Shown piece by piece: positions 1-11,860 of a stretch of 64,000 nucleotides of DNA (positions are counted from its first letter, which is position 1; every line of letters starts with the position of its first letter). This DNA is from Phoronis australis (taxonomy: Eukaryota > Animalia > Phoronida): assembly GCA_002633005.1 (NCBI GenBank), contig NMRA01000037.1, positions 1,378,577 through 1,442,576 of the forward strand, in the 5' to 3' direction. The position numbers were made by a program, and so were the translations under genes. The notes beneath the pieces were generated by a model. That model searched no databases. It was not told where the DNA came from and was given only the letters and a program-made list of their open reading frames with translations.

Positions 1-681
1 AAAGTTACGAAATGTTTAGATTTTAGTGATATCTTTTGACTTACGAATCTCGTCCAGTGTTCTATATAGGTGAATGCTAAGGAAAAGAATATTTTAACAA
101 CCTCATGAATGAAAAATATTAAAATTTGGCTTGTAATATCCCTTAGCAGTTTCCATCTTTTGGATTACTGGTTTCCCTGCTTTATTGAGTGGTCCCGGCT
201 GTATCGCATCAACGGGGTGGAAATGGTCTTCCAGAGGAATTCAGCCCGGAAAGCCGCATTAAAAAGCATTTAGTTTGGTCTCGTCGTATGGGCGTTAACC
301 TTGCCACACGCAGTGTCTCAGCAAGTATTTGCAGGTGTCAGCAGCTAGTCGCAGTCGATCTTATTACATATTCATCTTCTCCGCTGGAGACACTCAAGCA
401 GGACCCTGTCACTTGATTACTAAACAGGTGCTTCGGTGTGAAACCCGCGGAGTTCGGTGATAATAACAGATTTTAAACTGACACTGCTATCTTCTGGAAC
501 TTTTTCAACAACTGGAAATAATTATGTAGAAGTCTTATTTTTGTGCGACTATGAGTTTTTAGAATCAGTACATGAAAAGCAAACCTTAAAAGAGAAATGT
601 TGAGAGTTTTAGGGATTTTGTGCCAACCTTCCCACGTATAGTAAACATGCACTACATAACGTATCAAAGCGGAAAGGCATT

Positions 682-1790
682 GGGGCTCGTTCCATGAAAA
701 CTGGCTAAATTAAGACAAATCTTAAATTTCAGTCAACTTTGAGATTAAACTTAAATTTGTCTCAACTGTTTCAAGAAAGAGGTCTTACGTTTGATTTAGG
801 TTTTTGACTTAAGTTCTGTTTTAACTTTGACTAACTTACCGGAATACTTAGTTGAACAAAATAAAAAAATATCGGGTTATGTTTGAGAAACGTCTATGCA
901 TTCATTGTCTCTGAATTTCATGCATTTTTAGCGGTACGAGTAGCCGTTTTAAACATTTCAGTTTTCAAGTGGCAACACTACAAAAAGAATCTTTATTAAG
1001 TAAGCAATTGTTTTGATATGATTAGGAAAAACTCAAGTCACTTTCAGAATAACTTTGATGAAGTTGTACTTAATCATTGAAAAATTGTAGGGTTCATCCT
1101 AAAACGGGAACTTGTCTATGTTTTTAACCCTCATCTACTCTAAAGAAGGTTAATAAGTGAAATTCACACTTAATAATAAAAAGAAAAGCAGAATAATTAT
1201 GTTAGCCTAGGCAACACAGTAGATTTTTCACCTCCTACAAACCAAAGGTTTATATATTAACTGGGTTCCACTATGTTGAAAAAGGCCCAGAAAGGCTAAC
1301 AAAAATGTACGTACGTACCCCCAAGTGAAGTTCAGTATCACAAATGGCGATTGCAAATGAAATTGTTGCCTTTTAAGTAACAACATTGTGCTTATTATCA
1401 TCAACGAAAAATAAATGACCATATAGCCTTAGGCTAATGTTTCCATGTGATGCAGAAACAGTGATGTTGAAGAAAGTAAACGTGATTATTGTGTTGTCTG
1501 AAGTAAATATGAACCAAGTTGTATTCTATATCCGGAGGCAAAATACATATAACTTTGGAAAGCAAAACATTTCCAGAAAACAGTGTAGCTATTCTTTTAA
1601 ATGGAGAGATTGTACGCTCTTTGACATGAAAGTCTCGGTTTTCACATTTCACTTTCATCGTCGGCACCCAACGAAAACCTTCTTATGCATTAGTTCGCAT
1701 TATAAAACAAATTATTTACACTTTGATTGAAAAAAGGTTTTTCATAGTCTCGGTGAAGTTATGGAATAAGTAGAATCAACTTACTCAAAC
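682..1790 (-). mobile_element. Highly decayed PIF/Harbinger-like transposase relic
   Basis: Minus-strand fragments in several frames read KERTISPFKRIATLF...YFASG (cf. Harbinger R-AISPEERL-TLRYLATG) and VDDNKH...AIAICD (cf. IDGKH...AVCD). A Harbinger-style end GGGGCTCGTTCCATGAAA lies at 682. Many stops and frameshifts; right boundary not resolved. Confidence 0.4.
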
Positions 1791-2218
1791 ACTCAAATGT
1801 TGTGAGTTCATACGTTTCGGAATAGCCTACTCTCTACAGTCCTTAGTCAACGATTGATAAGGGTACGTCAAGGTTTCCCGCCGTTCTGTTCTCCGGAAGT
1901 ATTATGACGTCGTAGGAAGGCGGAAGATGCAATCCTTGATCTCGATTCATGGTAGGCTTCTTATGGATTCCTGAACCTTCCTTGAGAACCATTTCTCCTC
2001 TTTAGCCAGGATCTTGGCATGTTTGCCGCATACAGTATGGCCACAGGTTCCCAGATGTTCTCCCACGCCAGCTAGTGGGCTTGTCCAGTTTATTGTGTTG
2101 TTTGATTCTGGTGCCACTCATGATTCGTGAAAACAAGCATGAAGACTTACCACAATATTCCGGCCAAATATCCAGCACAGACAGGAACCGCGGTTGAAAA
2201 TAAAGCGGCCAGAGTCGA

Positions 2219-2257
2219 CCCATTAACTCGCCCGTAACTTACGGGCGAGTTAATGGG
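2219..2257. repeat. Perfect 39-bp palindrome (19-bp arms, 1-nt spacer)
   Basis: CCCATTAACTCGCCCGTAA-C-TTACGGGCGAGTTAATGGG read directly. Confidence 0.95.
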
Positions 2258-2790
2258 CGTAAGACTATCGTTGCGAACTGATGCTGAGCGTTCTTGCGCG
2301 TGCTTGAAGCATCCGAAAGTAGCATTGGTCATATTGACAAAATACCGTAACACCCCGCATACAAGCCGCCTTGGCTGGATTGCCACTGAAGTGCAGCAGC
2401 TGATCGGTCTAGAGGCCGGCATGTGAAGGGCATATGCCAGTGACGTCATTTTGGTCGTGTCAGTAGGAAAAGGGTCCCCACAATGTTCATTAGGGACGCG
2501 AGTGTTTTGTTTATTTTTAGAAATATGTAATTCGCTTAGGCGATATCTAGCTATTAGACCATCTACGCGAGGAGGCCTCCTCGTGGCAAGAGTTGGGCAA
2601 TGTTATCATGTTTAAAACGTTGAATACTGACAAACACCCTCTAGCTGACTTGCCGTTATTGCACTTGTCGAAGTGGCGGTCTAGTAGTCATTGACCATGG
2701 CGATGAAAGTGACAATTTTAGACAAAACAAATGGAAACTCGTTGGTTCGTCTCAACTATACGGTAAAATCTTTGTGTCTATCATTTAGCC

Positions 2791-3713
2791 AGGCAATGAC
2801 CATCGCCTCTGTTGGCCCGAACCAGAGGCGATGCAGAGGCTATAGGCGCTCTGTACGCCGGAAGCTTTTCGGCGAGTTATGCCTCGCACCGACTGAACCA
2901 TCAAAGTCACGTTGTTATAAATACCTTTTGCGCATAGAGGAACATCTGAGGAGGTTGTCGATGTGTTTAATTCCTTCCAACTCGAACAAATACTCCCATT
3001 ATCAAACTTTTTCTTCGAGCAGTCCCTATTTCAGTTCCCAAAATCGTGAACTCAAAATTTTCATTTTTTTTAACCAGGCCGAAGGTCAGAAGTTGCGGTC
3101 CAACCGGCGAACTTTGAAAGCTGAAGTTCACGCCCTTTGCGTACGTGCTGCCGGGAACAAGCCGTGCATTTGCCGTGTTGTTAAACATTAAAATGTCAAA
3201 TATGTGCACAAAGACTATTAAATGTAGTATCAACAGCATTTATTTTTATCAAATACAAACAATAATTCATTGAAATACAATCAGTTTCAAGTAACGCCAA
3301 TTAAAGACAGTGGCATTTTGGAAACGAACATTTGACTGACAAGATCGCAATGGCTCACCTTTGGCCTATTTAAAGATTGAGTTCATGAAGTCACATCACC
3401 TAGCGAGCGCGGTACTAAAAATTGGAGCGTGCGCAGTATAAAAAAATGTTGAGTTCACGATTTTGGGAACTGAAATAGGGACTGCTCGAAGAAAAAGTTT
3501 CATAACATGAGTATTTGTTCGAGTTGGAAGGAATTAAACACATCGACAACCTCCTAAGGTGTTCCTCTATGCGCAAAAGTTATTTATAACAACGTGACTT
3601 TGATGGTTTAGTCGGTGCGAGGCATAATTCGCCGAAAAGCTTCCGGCGTACAGAGCGCCTATAGCCTCTGCATCGCCTCTGGTTCGGGCCAACAGAGGCG
3701 ATGGTCATTGCCT
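2791..3713. mobile_element. Non-autonomous foldback DNA transposon with ~270-bp TIRs and a long TSD
   Basis: 2791-~3060 (AGGCAATGACCATCGCCTCTGTTGGCCCGAACC...) is the near-perfect reverse complement of ~3443-3713. Flanked by the direct repeat ATCATTTAGCC (2780-2790, 3714-3724). Confidence 0.92.
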
Positions 3714-4197
3714 ATCATTTAGCCAAAGTTGTGCTTTAGTAACCTTATCGATTACTAACAGTATAATTCGTAATACGGAACTTGTATCATTCACCGTTGA
3801 AAATGGTCAGAGCTTCCAACATCAGTTGTTGACTTTCGCCCACAACCAACGCTCCTTCTTCCATCATATTATTTACATCAGGAACTGGCGAACCACTGTT
3901 TTCATGGGAATTTAAAGCCACGTTATTGTGCAAAACATTTTATTTTAGAGTTTACTTTCATTCCATTTCCGCTATCCATTCCGTAACTACTACTACCTGG
4001 CAAAAATTGCGACTTTCCAGAGGTTGAGAGGCTTTCTCAGCAATTTAATTTGAAGATAAAAATTTAAGTAACTATTTTCTCGTTTATAACGACTAAACAA
4101 TATTCCAATTGAGACTCTTAGTTGGTTTGTAAGTCCACTTGAACCCGTTCGATAGTATGATTCTATCAATTTTAAGGTACAGCGAGTTCTACAAGTT

Positions 4198-4272
4198 CAT
4201 GGGCGGCGCATCATAGGGAGCTGGGGCGGGAGGCTATAGTCCCCCCACTTTTTCAGTGCTGCGCCGCCTATG
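4198..4272. mobile_element. 75-bp MITE (CA...TG ends, 5-bp TSD AAGTT), hAT-like
   Basis: CATGGGCGGCGCA...TGCGCCGCCTATG, with AAGTT at 4193-4197 and 4273-4277. Related copies near 7896-8028, 23660-23765 (inverted) and 33930-34040. Confidence 0.75.
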
Positions 4273-4329
4273 AAGTTTGCCCTGCGGCTACACACAAATG
4301 TCATGGCTAGGGCCGAGCGTGAAAGATAT

Positions 4330-5035
4330 GGTTTATACTAACTACATGTACATGTTGAAGCCTATAACTTACCGGACAAGTCTATTTCGGATGAAACTTG
4401 ATAAATTCAGCGTCACACTATGTTGCAGCAACAACGTGAGGACGGCGGACGGCGGCAGGCACAACTGGGCATATTCTGAGAAAATGCTTCTATGTACCTA
4501 CACGGGTTTGGAGATGTATGGTTATACGGACTGGGTGATTTAGATTTATTCGTATCAGAATTTCGTCAGAGACTAATTGATATTGACGTTTAAAACTCTG
4601 TAATTAATAATTCGACTCAAAGTGGAACTACAATGCGAAAAATATCCACTGTTTAGTCCCCTGTCCGAGGAAAATATTGCGCGGTTAGGGGCTCAATGTA
4701 CATGCCTTATATTGCAAAAGGGCGGCACGCAGGTCAACCCGGAGTAAGAGAACTCGGGGCATGTGCAATGTTAAGTTGAAAACGAGCTTCAGCCTTCATT
4801 TTACTTGTCATTGTCCTGTCTTTGGTGATGTGCGCTGAAAATTGCTGACGAATATGACAGATGACGACAGAGTACATATTACCTAAATTATTTCAAAGCC
4901 ATGATCTTTGTCAACTGAAAAAGCATGGCCCTCTTTATTTCAAGACCACCAGTGCATTGTAAAGTTGTAATGTAAACTGTATTATGAGGCCAAGGCTTGA
5001 ATACAGTAAAAATGCAATAAAACAATTCTGATTTT
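4330..5035 (+). mobile_element. Decayed 3' fragment of an RTE-X-like LINE
   Basis: Translates as DGGRHNWAYSEKMLL..GFGDVWLYG..LFVSEFRQRLID, homologous to DEAGRKTWASSVRNLLQRYGFGLVW..FEQRIKD of the 41-kb LINE. Shares the GGCCAAGGC 3' motif, then AATAAA. Confidence 0.7.
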
Positions 5036-8000
5036 TGTAGCCGTATAGAGGGTGAGGATACTCTTTATCTTCACTTAATTATAACCTGCGCAGCTTCTGA
5101 TGTTTAGAAGTGGGTCAAACAATAACTAAAATTCCTTTAAAAAGATAATTCATACCACAATTTTTATCTTTTAGAAATTAGGTAGTGTCAGTTATACTGG
5201 AGATTGAAATTTAACATCAAATTTTCAAAATGTATGCCTTTGATTAAATTGCAATTTTGTTTGTAATTGGCAGTAACTTCAACAGCTAAGGCAAAATTAT
5301 TGACCTAGCAAGAAAATCGCCGTCTCACACCCGTTTCGTATCGGAGAATAATCTGTAATGGAGCTGTTTTTGACAGTTCAGGATGTTGGTTTAGTATATA
5401 TTATCTTAACCCATTTTGTAAAATACCTATTCAAAATTCAAAGCACCTAATGCTTAAAATTAAGTCCTATTTTATTGTATCAAAGTGTTTGGAAAAGTGT
5501 AAAAATAAAATTCGACCGTGACTATAAGTAATGCTTGTATATGGATTAATGCCTTGATTGGTTAGTACATTAGAACTTATATATATCGCTCTAGCTTTTG
5601 CAGCTGCTATGCGTGCGCCCATGATGTGTCACACTGAACAATCTGCGAAGCAATGCCTGTTGCTGGACGGTATTGGGTCTAATGAAGCTAGGAGACTCTC
5701 TAAACTTTACAATAATCAGTCTCTTGTTAGATTATAATCTTCTAAAGGCACCAATATGTAGAAATTCTTTCAAACTCCGACAATAAGTTCCAAGTAGAAG
5801 CAATTGCTAAGGGCAAACTGTGCACTCAGCAAGTTCTTGAAAACGTGTTGATAACATCGTGAGCGTTAGATGCCTTATTATTTTGTTTGGTTGTTTTTGA
5901 TTTTTTTAAATATAATTTTGATTATTTATTGTTCAAACTTTACCTGTTATTTGCATATGACGAATGGTAATTAATGTATAATCATAAATTTGTGAATGAG
6001 TACGTCGCATCTCCCGCAGCCAACTCGGCTACTGCGGTCAGCCCTGACTAATCACGAGGACACGTCAAATTTTAGTAACTGTACCCGTTTAGGTAATAAA
6101 CTAGAGGAATATTCTTTCCAGATCAGCGAATGCCTTCTTTATCGCATAACCGTGAAGCTGATGCAAAGTACCAGCCTGGAGACAGTGAGCAATTGCCGTG
6201 TGACTACCCGAACGTGTGAGCGCATATCTGCGTATTACTTTATTGGCACCGAGCAAATCGGCAGTGGATTTACTGACCGTTAAAATGTGAAATAAGAAAA
6301 AACATCCACACACGGCGATGTTTCAACAAACAAAAACAAGTTTTATCTCAAAGCAGTGAGCTCCACAACTCAATTGCAATAACGCCAATAGCAATAATGC
6401 TAAGCTATGCTTGATTTTGCTACCCGGACAAAGTAACCGGTGAAGTCATTACCTTGGAGTTGCCGTGTATTTGTGTATAATAATTGTATATAGATTTCTC
6501 TGTACGTATTTAACCCAGATACAATACCTCTTGGCGCTATCTGGGTATTTATATTTATTGTATTGAATATTTCTTAATAAACAAAAAAATCTTCGCTGGC
6601 AAAATGATCACTTACTAAAGTGACTTTGGTTTTCAATTATTAGGGAAAATATATTTAAAAACGTGATAAAAACTGGCAATACATACCTTTGTCGCCTAAA
6701 TTTAAAAATTCCGCCATTGAAAACGCAAACAGGGGTGTGTAGTAAATTGTAGTCAATGAGCTGAATGGAAAATATTGCAGTGTTAGGAGAAAGACGCAGT
6801 ATTTTTTAAATCTCTTTGTCTCACGAATTTCACCCATTGGAGGCCTGGGAAACTTGTATCTGGACTTGGCTGTTTGAGTGAAAGGCGATAAACCACGATA
6901 GCTTTTTGTCTAATTCACGCAGGACTTCATCTCTGGTGGCCCCGACTTCCTGAATCCCCCTTTTACATGACTGTCCCCTACCGTATTGCCTGGTATATAA
7001 GTCCATGACTTTCAGCCAGTACTGTACAGGCTTAGGAACATAAGACCACGGCCGTATAGACCGGGTCATTTGTCATCAGGCGTGAGCAAAGAATTAATCC
7101 AGATATAAGATATTTGCTGTATTCTTTACTGAATATCTTTATGGAATGCATTTTGACGCAAGCACTTTTTAATAATCAACATTTTAGTAATCACTTATTT
7201 GCAAAAGTCGAGAAAATGCTAAATTATCCACCCACCTACACAACCTAGAACCACCAACCACTGAGAAACCTGTTGTATTTTATTGACAAAGCCGACTACG
7301 ACCAAGTCTTCTTTAAAAGCCGCAACAGTAGTTTTTTTATATAATCAATAGACGTCGGTAATTTAAGCTGACCGCCATTCTCAGGGCTCACGGGAAGACG
7401 TGTTGAACACCTTCGCCCACTAAACAAGTGGGGTGAGGTACCTTATATGAGCGTTTAACAGGTATGCACGTTTTATTATGGTGGCAACGATATTGATATT
7501 TATAAATGACCTCACGGAGCATCTTGTTGTAACTGAAAAAAGCTCCATGACCTTAATACGGACTCTTTTGCCTACGATTTCTCTCTCACCTCACACTATC
7601 TTTCTCACTGTCTCTCCTGGTTTAAGAAGTAGGTCACCGCATTGAAAGATAATCCTACAGGTAGGCTTGCCTGACCGTCAGTATGGATCTGATCGGATTC
7701 AAGTTCGTGCTCATGAATTTATGTCGCAACCTATGGAGCTCGGGACTTGGGCATCAGTCTTTCAGTCACAGTGGAGGATTGTTTGAATACGTACTCCCGA
7801 TCCAATTCGAGCTTCGGGGAAAGTCGACAGAAGCCTAATGAGAAACAGTTTATAAATTACGACCCCCATGTCTGAATTTTATAGGGCTTTTATATGCAGG
7901 GCGGCGCACCAGAGGGGCTGCGGGGCTATAGCCCCTCCCCACTTTTGTCAGTGCTACGCCGCACATGATCCATAGGCGGTGCACCACAGGGGGCTAAAAC

Positions 8001-8179
8001 CCACTTTTTTAGTGCTGCGCCGCCCATGTTTTTGCTTCCCGTCAGAGCCAGCACTCACCCGAGGGAAAAGGTGCGTGTGCCTTCTAAAAGCAGAATTTTG
8101 GTGGCTAGATTTTAGCTAGTAGACCCTAGCTTTACTGAACGCACACTCAGCATTTGTGTTGACAAAAGTGGCTGCTATC

Positions 8180-10435
8180 TAGACCTTTCTTAATATTACC
8201 TCATGAATATTAAGAGGAAATCCAAAGCGAGGCTTATACTGATAAACTACTTCATGCAGCCTTCTCTGTGCTGGCTGATCGACGGTGACCTTACACTTGT
8301 TCCAAACATACACATTACATTTAGCTTTGTGGAATCTATTGTAAAAAGTCTTCATAGTCATCTGGCAAGAATTATCTGTCCAAAGGGTACAAGTACTCCA
8401 GTGAAAGTTACATAACTTCAGTAAGAAGTGAACACTTTTACAGGCTGCATAAACATTCTTCAGTTGTTGTTGAGCTGTCAGCTGGTCAGGCATAGTAACT
8501 CTACATAGTCTATATGATTGGATTTTTTGTTTCCCAAGAAAAGTTCAAAGATAGCAATGAGTGGTAAGACTACTGGCTTAATTATGGTTAAAACATTTAG
8601 TGGTATCAGTTTTATTTGTAAAGTCATTAGATTATTTCGTCTATCGTTGATTCAGTTGTTTGGGACATGGATTGAACATGGTGTTTCACTTACTTACTCG
8701 TGTTTTCAACCAATCCACAGTGATCTATTGTTGTTCTTTATATCTGGATAGTAAGACATCAATAATATTTAACACCTGAAGCACAAGGTGGGTCATTTTT
8801 TCTTCAATTTCTATCTCTTGCTTGATTGACCTGGAAACAGACTTGGACATATTTGATAGTGATGTTGTCACTGGCCCTGACCAAATTTATTCTAGTTGAA
8901 AACTAACATGGCCATCAAGAGGCGTAGTCAATGTTATGAGCCAAATGCACATTATAATATGCTGATAAAAATAAATGACAGAGTAATATTACACTGGATA
9001 AGTCTTGTAATTTGTTGCAAAACCATAAGTATGGTATCATTCATTCACAACAGTGGAGGGATCCCCTGAAGTTTGCTGAAAACATGCAAGTGTTCACAAA
9101 TCACAATTGATTTACTGAGCCAGTATTGTTCAAGGAAATTGAAGTGTAACACAAGTGATTAATTGTCCTTAATATGCCCAATGACTATCCTCATGTATTC
9201 TCAAACTGGATATTTGTTAACTTTTCCTTGTTTCCTCTGAAATGGAGTGATTTTCAGTTTTGAACCCTTATCACTGAGTATCTTATTAATTAAGAATATT
9301 TTATCAGCCATCACACTGCCCTTGTTCTAGTAAGTCAGTTTAGTATAGCTACATCTGGTATTGAGCCTGTCTACAGTGACGATCCAAATGTCATTGAGCC
9401 ACGCCAAGCTATGTCCAACTAGGGTTTTAAAGACTGTGAAGAACATTTTGAGTTAGTCACCATTCACCAGTGAGTTTGGCTGTAGATTTGCCCAGGTCAG
9501 TATTTTCCTACTTTCTGTTGCTTCTGAGCAACTGAAACGTTCTGACAAATTTTGCTCCAGCAATCCTTATATAAAACTACAGAAAAGCGAAAATACCATC
9601 AAGGGGACTATAATTAATACACCCAGGTCTGCCAACTCTGCTAATATACCACGGTATAACTTCCAATACAGCAAGTGGTTACATACTATCCATACATAGA
9701 CATTCGTGTACTAAAAAGAATATCTAATAGGTTAACATGAAATTGAACTTTTCAGATTCAAACCAGTTTTTTAGTGTGTAAAAATTATGAAAGTCAGGGT
9801 TTACACCAGTGTTTGCATCATTGCACGACTGCTTGTTTTACTGTGAAATGGATCATTCATGAACTTGAGAGGGTATGTGTGTGACCTGCAGTTTTCTGTA
9901 ATATATACAAATCTGTATGACTGTCTTCAGTCCACCCTGACAACTCAAGCAGTCTCTGTGAATTAAGTCTCGGTTTTTGCGACTGAGTTAGTAGAACATT
10001 CAAAGTTCGTCATTTTCTTAAAATCCCAGAAATTATTTATTTCAAATAAAGTTTTACTTTGGAGAAGTTCAAAGTGCTACTAGGAAATGATGTGCTTGAA
10101 AGTTACTAGCTATTCAAGCATCACGGCCACTGGTGATACGTACACTAAAGTTGACTAGAGCTAATATCAGATTGTGACATAATTTACTTGCAAAGTTGGC
10201 CCATTGTATCTTCAAATCTTCACTAGGCACTGTCTTATTAACTCTTAGTCAGTAAAATATTGATGAAATGACATTACTTTGTTTCTTCTTCGGTTATTTG
10301 TGCAGCAAGAGACACAGCAATGTGCAATATTGTTTATGTAGTGATTCACGGTAAACAGCTTCCTGTAGACTGGCCAGTACTAGCCTCCTTCTGGAATTGG
10401 AATGTTAGTCATCCATAAATTTTGAGAACGGCCTA
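8180..10435. mobile_element. 2.3-kb TIR-bounded insertion (TAG...CTA ends), possibly a degraded Academ-like DNA transposon
   Basis: Absent from the paralog (34210-34230 reads GGCTTTTATCGAAACTCCC). Ends TAGACCTTTCTTAATAT and the reverse complement TAGGCCGTTCTCAAAAT. Weak minus-strand remnants IVTVD-QAQY and MIPY..ATNY. The superfamily call is weak. Confidence 0.55.
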
Positions 10436-10460
10436 TCGCAACTCCCATCACAGTTGCGAT

Positions 10461-10486
10461 CAATGAGATAGATATATAGCTCATTG
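10461..10486. mobile_element. 26-bp palindromic CA...TG relic with 8-bp TSD (probable excision footprint)
   Basis: GTTGCGAT-[CAATGAGATAGATATATAGCTCATTG]-GTTGCGAT. The paralog near 34236 has a single GTTGCGAT. Confidence 0.85.
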
Positions 10487-11470
10487 GTTGCGATGCCCCG
10501 CGGTTTGCATCACTCACAGACTCACGCGCTTATTAGACCGTAGTGCGAAACAATGCCAAAGGACTCTATTCACTACTTTCTAGCTCAGAGCAAAATGAAA
10601 AAATACATAAAAACTTTTACAATAATGGTTCATGTAATCCTTCATACCACAATATTTTACAATAAAGTATAGTTCTGTATGAGGCGCAATTAGCAATACT
10701 ACAATATAATTCAGTGTATAATGAAGAATGATGGTATCTAAAACGAATATTTTTGTCAGAGAAAAGGGAGTAAGGAAAGCCTTCAGGTAATGTCTGTTTT
10801 TATTGTTTTAGAATCACAGATCCGAAACGGGGGTCGTTGCCAGGGAGGCCCGTTTACAAGGACTCCTTTTTACGTAAGTAAATGAATTTCACGTACAATA
10901 CTTAGTGTACTTTTGTCAAAACGTGAACGGAAATGCATGCGTGGAAAAGTGTTCTTCGGGAGCTAACCTGTACCGGCTACCTTCAAAGGTGGAGCGGTGA
11001 ATTTGCTCAAGGAAACACCGCACTTGCGAACGCGAGATAAATTTTCTTACAAATGTCAATTGCCAACATTAGTCTCACAAAGGAGTTACAAGTTAAGTAA
11101 AATTCAACTTTAAAGCTCTGTCAAATGCATTGTTTATTACTAGATGACCTCTTGACCTCAGAATAGATTTGTTTAATGCATTCAGTGTCAATCTTACATC
11201 TTTGAAATGATGAAGAAAAGTTTTTATCCCTGATGCGTTCTGAAAATATGAGACTGAGATTTGCGATTGATTACTAGGATTTGCATTTTAATTTTAGAAA
11301 ATGGGTAATATCGGTGCGTCCTAAAGTACTGCTCTTAGCAATAGCTTTTACCTTTATAATCTCATAGTGGTTTCTAGCGTGTCTGGAAAGACACTAATTT
11401 TGCTTTTCATCTTTTTTGTGTAGTTTTGAAAAGAGGCATTGATGATTAATAAAGTTTAGCTTACCTTATG

Positions 11471-11860
11471 TGGGTCCGGAGTTCAATATTTGCAATCGAA
11501 CTCGAAGTTGTTAAGTTGACATTTTCCCTTCTACTTTTGTGCGAACTGAAAGATAAGTGTCTATTTTTCTTTGTCTGAGTACATTGTGGTTTATGCATAT
11601 GGATTTTTAGTCTAATTTCGCACTTAATGACCCCGAGATTGGAATTAAGACTCGAGGATAAACTCAAGATTTCGAGTTCAGACTCATAAATTTAGACTTA
11701 ATGCCGGGTTATCAAGTACACTCTAAGATTACACAGTTATCCACAAAAGTCATTTTTTTACTCTGCAATGTAGACAATTATCTTCGTGTTCGCTCAAAAG
11801 TAGAATAGAAAATGCAAAAATAAATTTGAGTGCGATTTCAAATAAGATTAGACTCCTGGC
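11471..11860. mobile_element. Harbinger-type MITE, same family as 19487-19889
   Basis: Shares TTTTGTGCGAACT-AAGATAAGT and the terminal ATTTC-AATAAGATTAGAC-C-GGC. Internally deleted paralogs at ~35196-35422 and ~38069-38298. Confidence 0.65.

Noticed and set aside
2691-3191. 166-aa ORF
   Set aside because: Crosses the boundary of the foldback TIR and has no domain signature.
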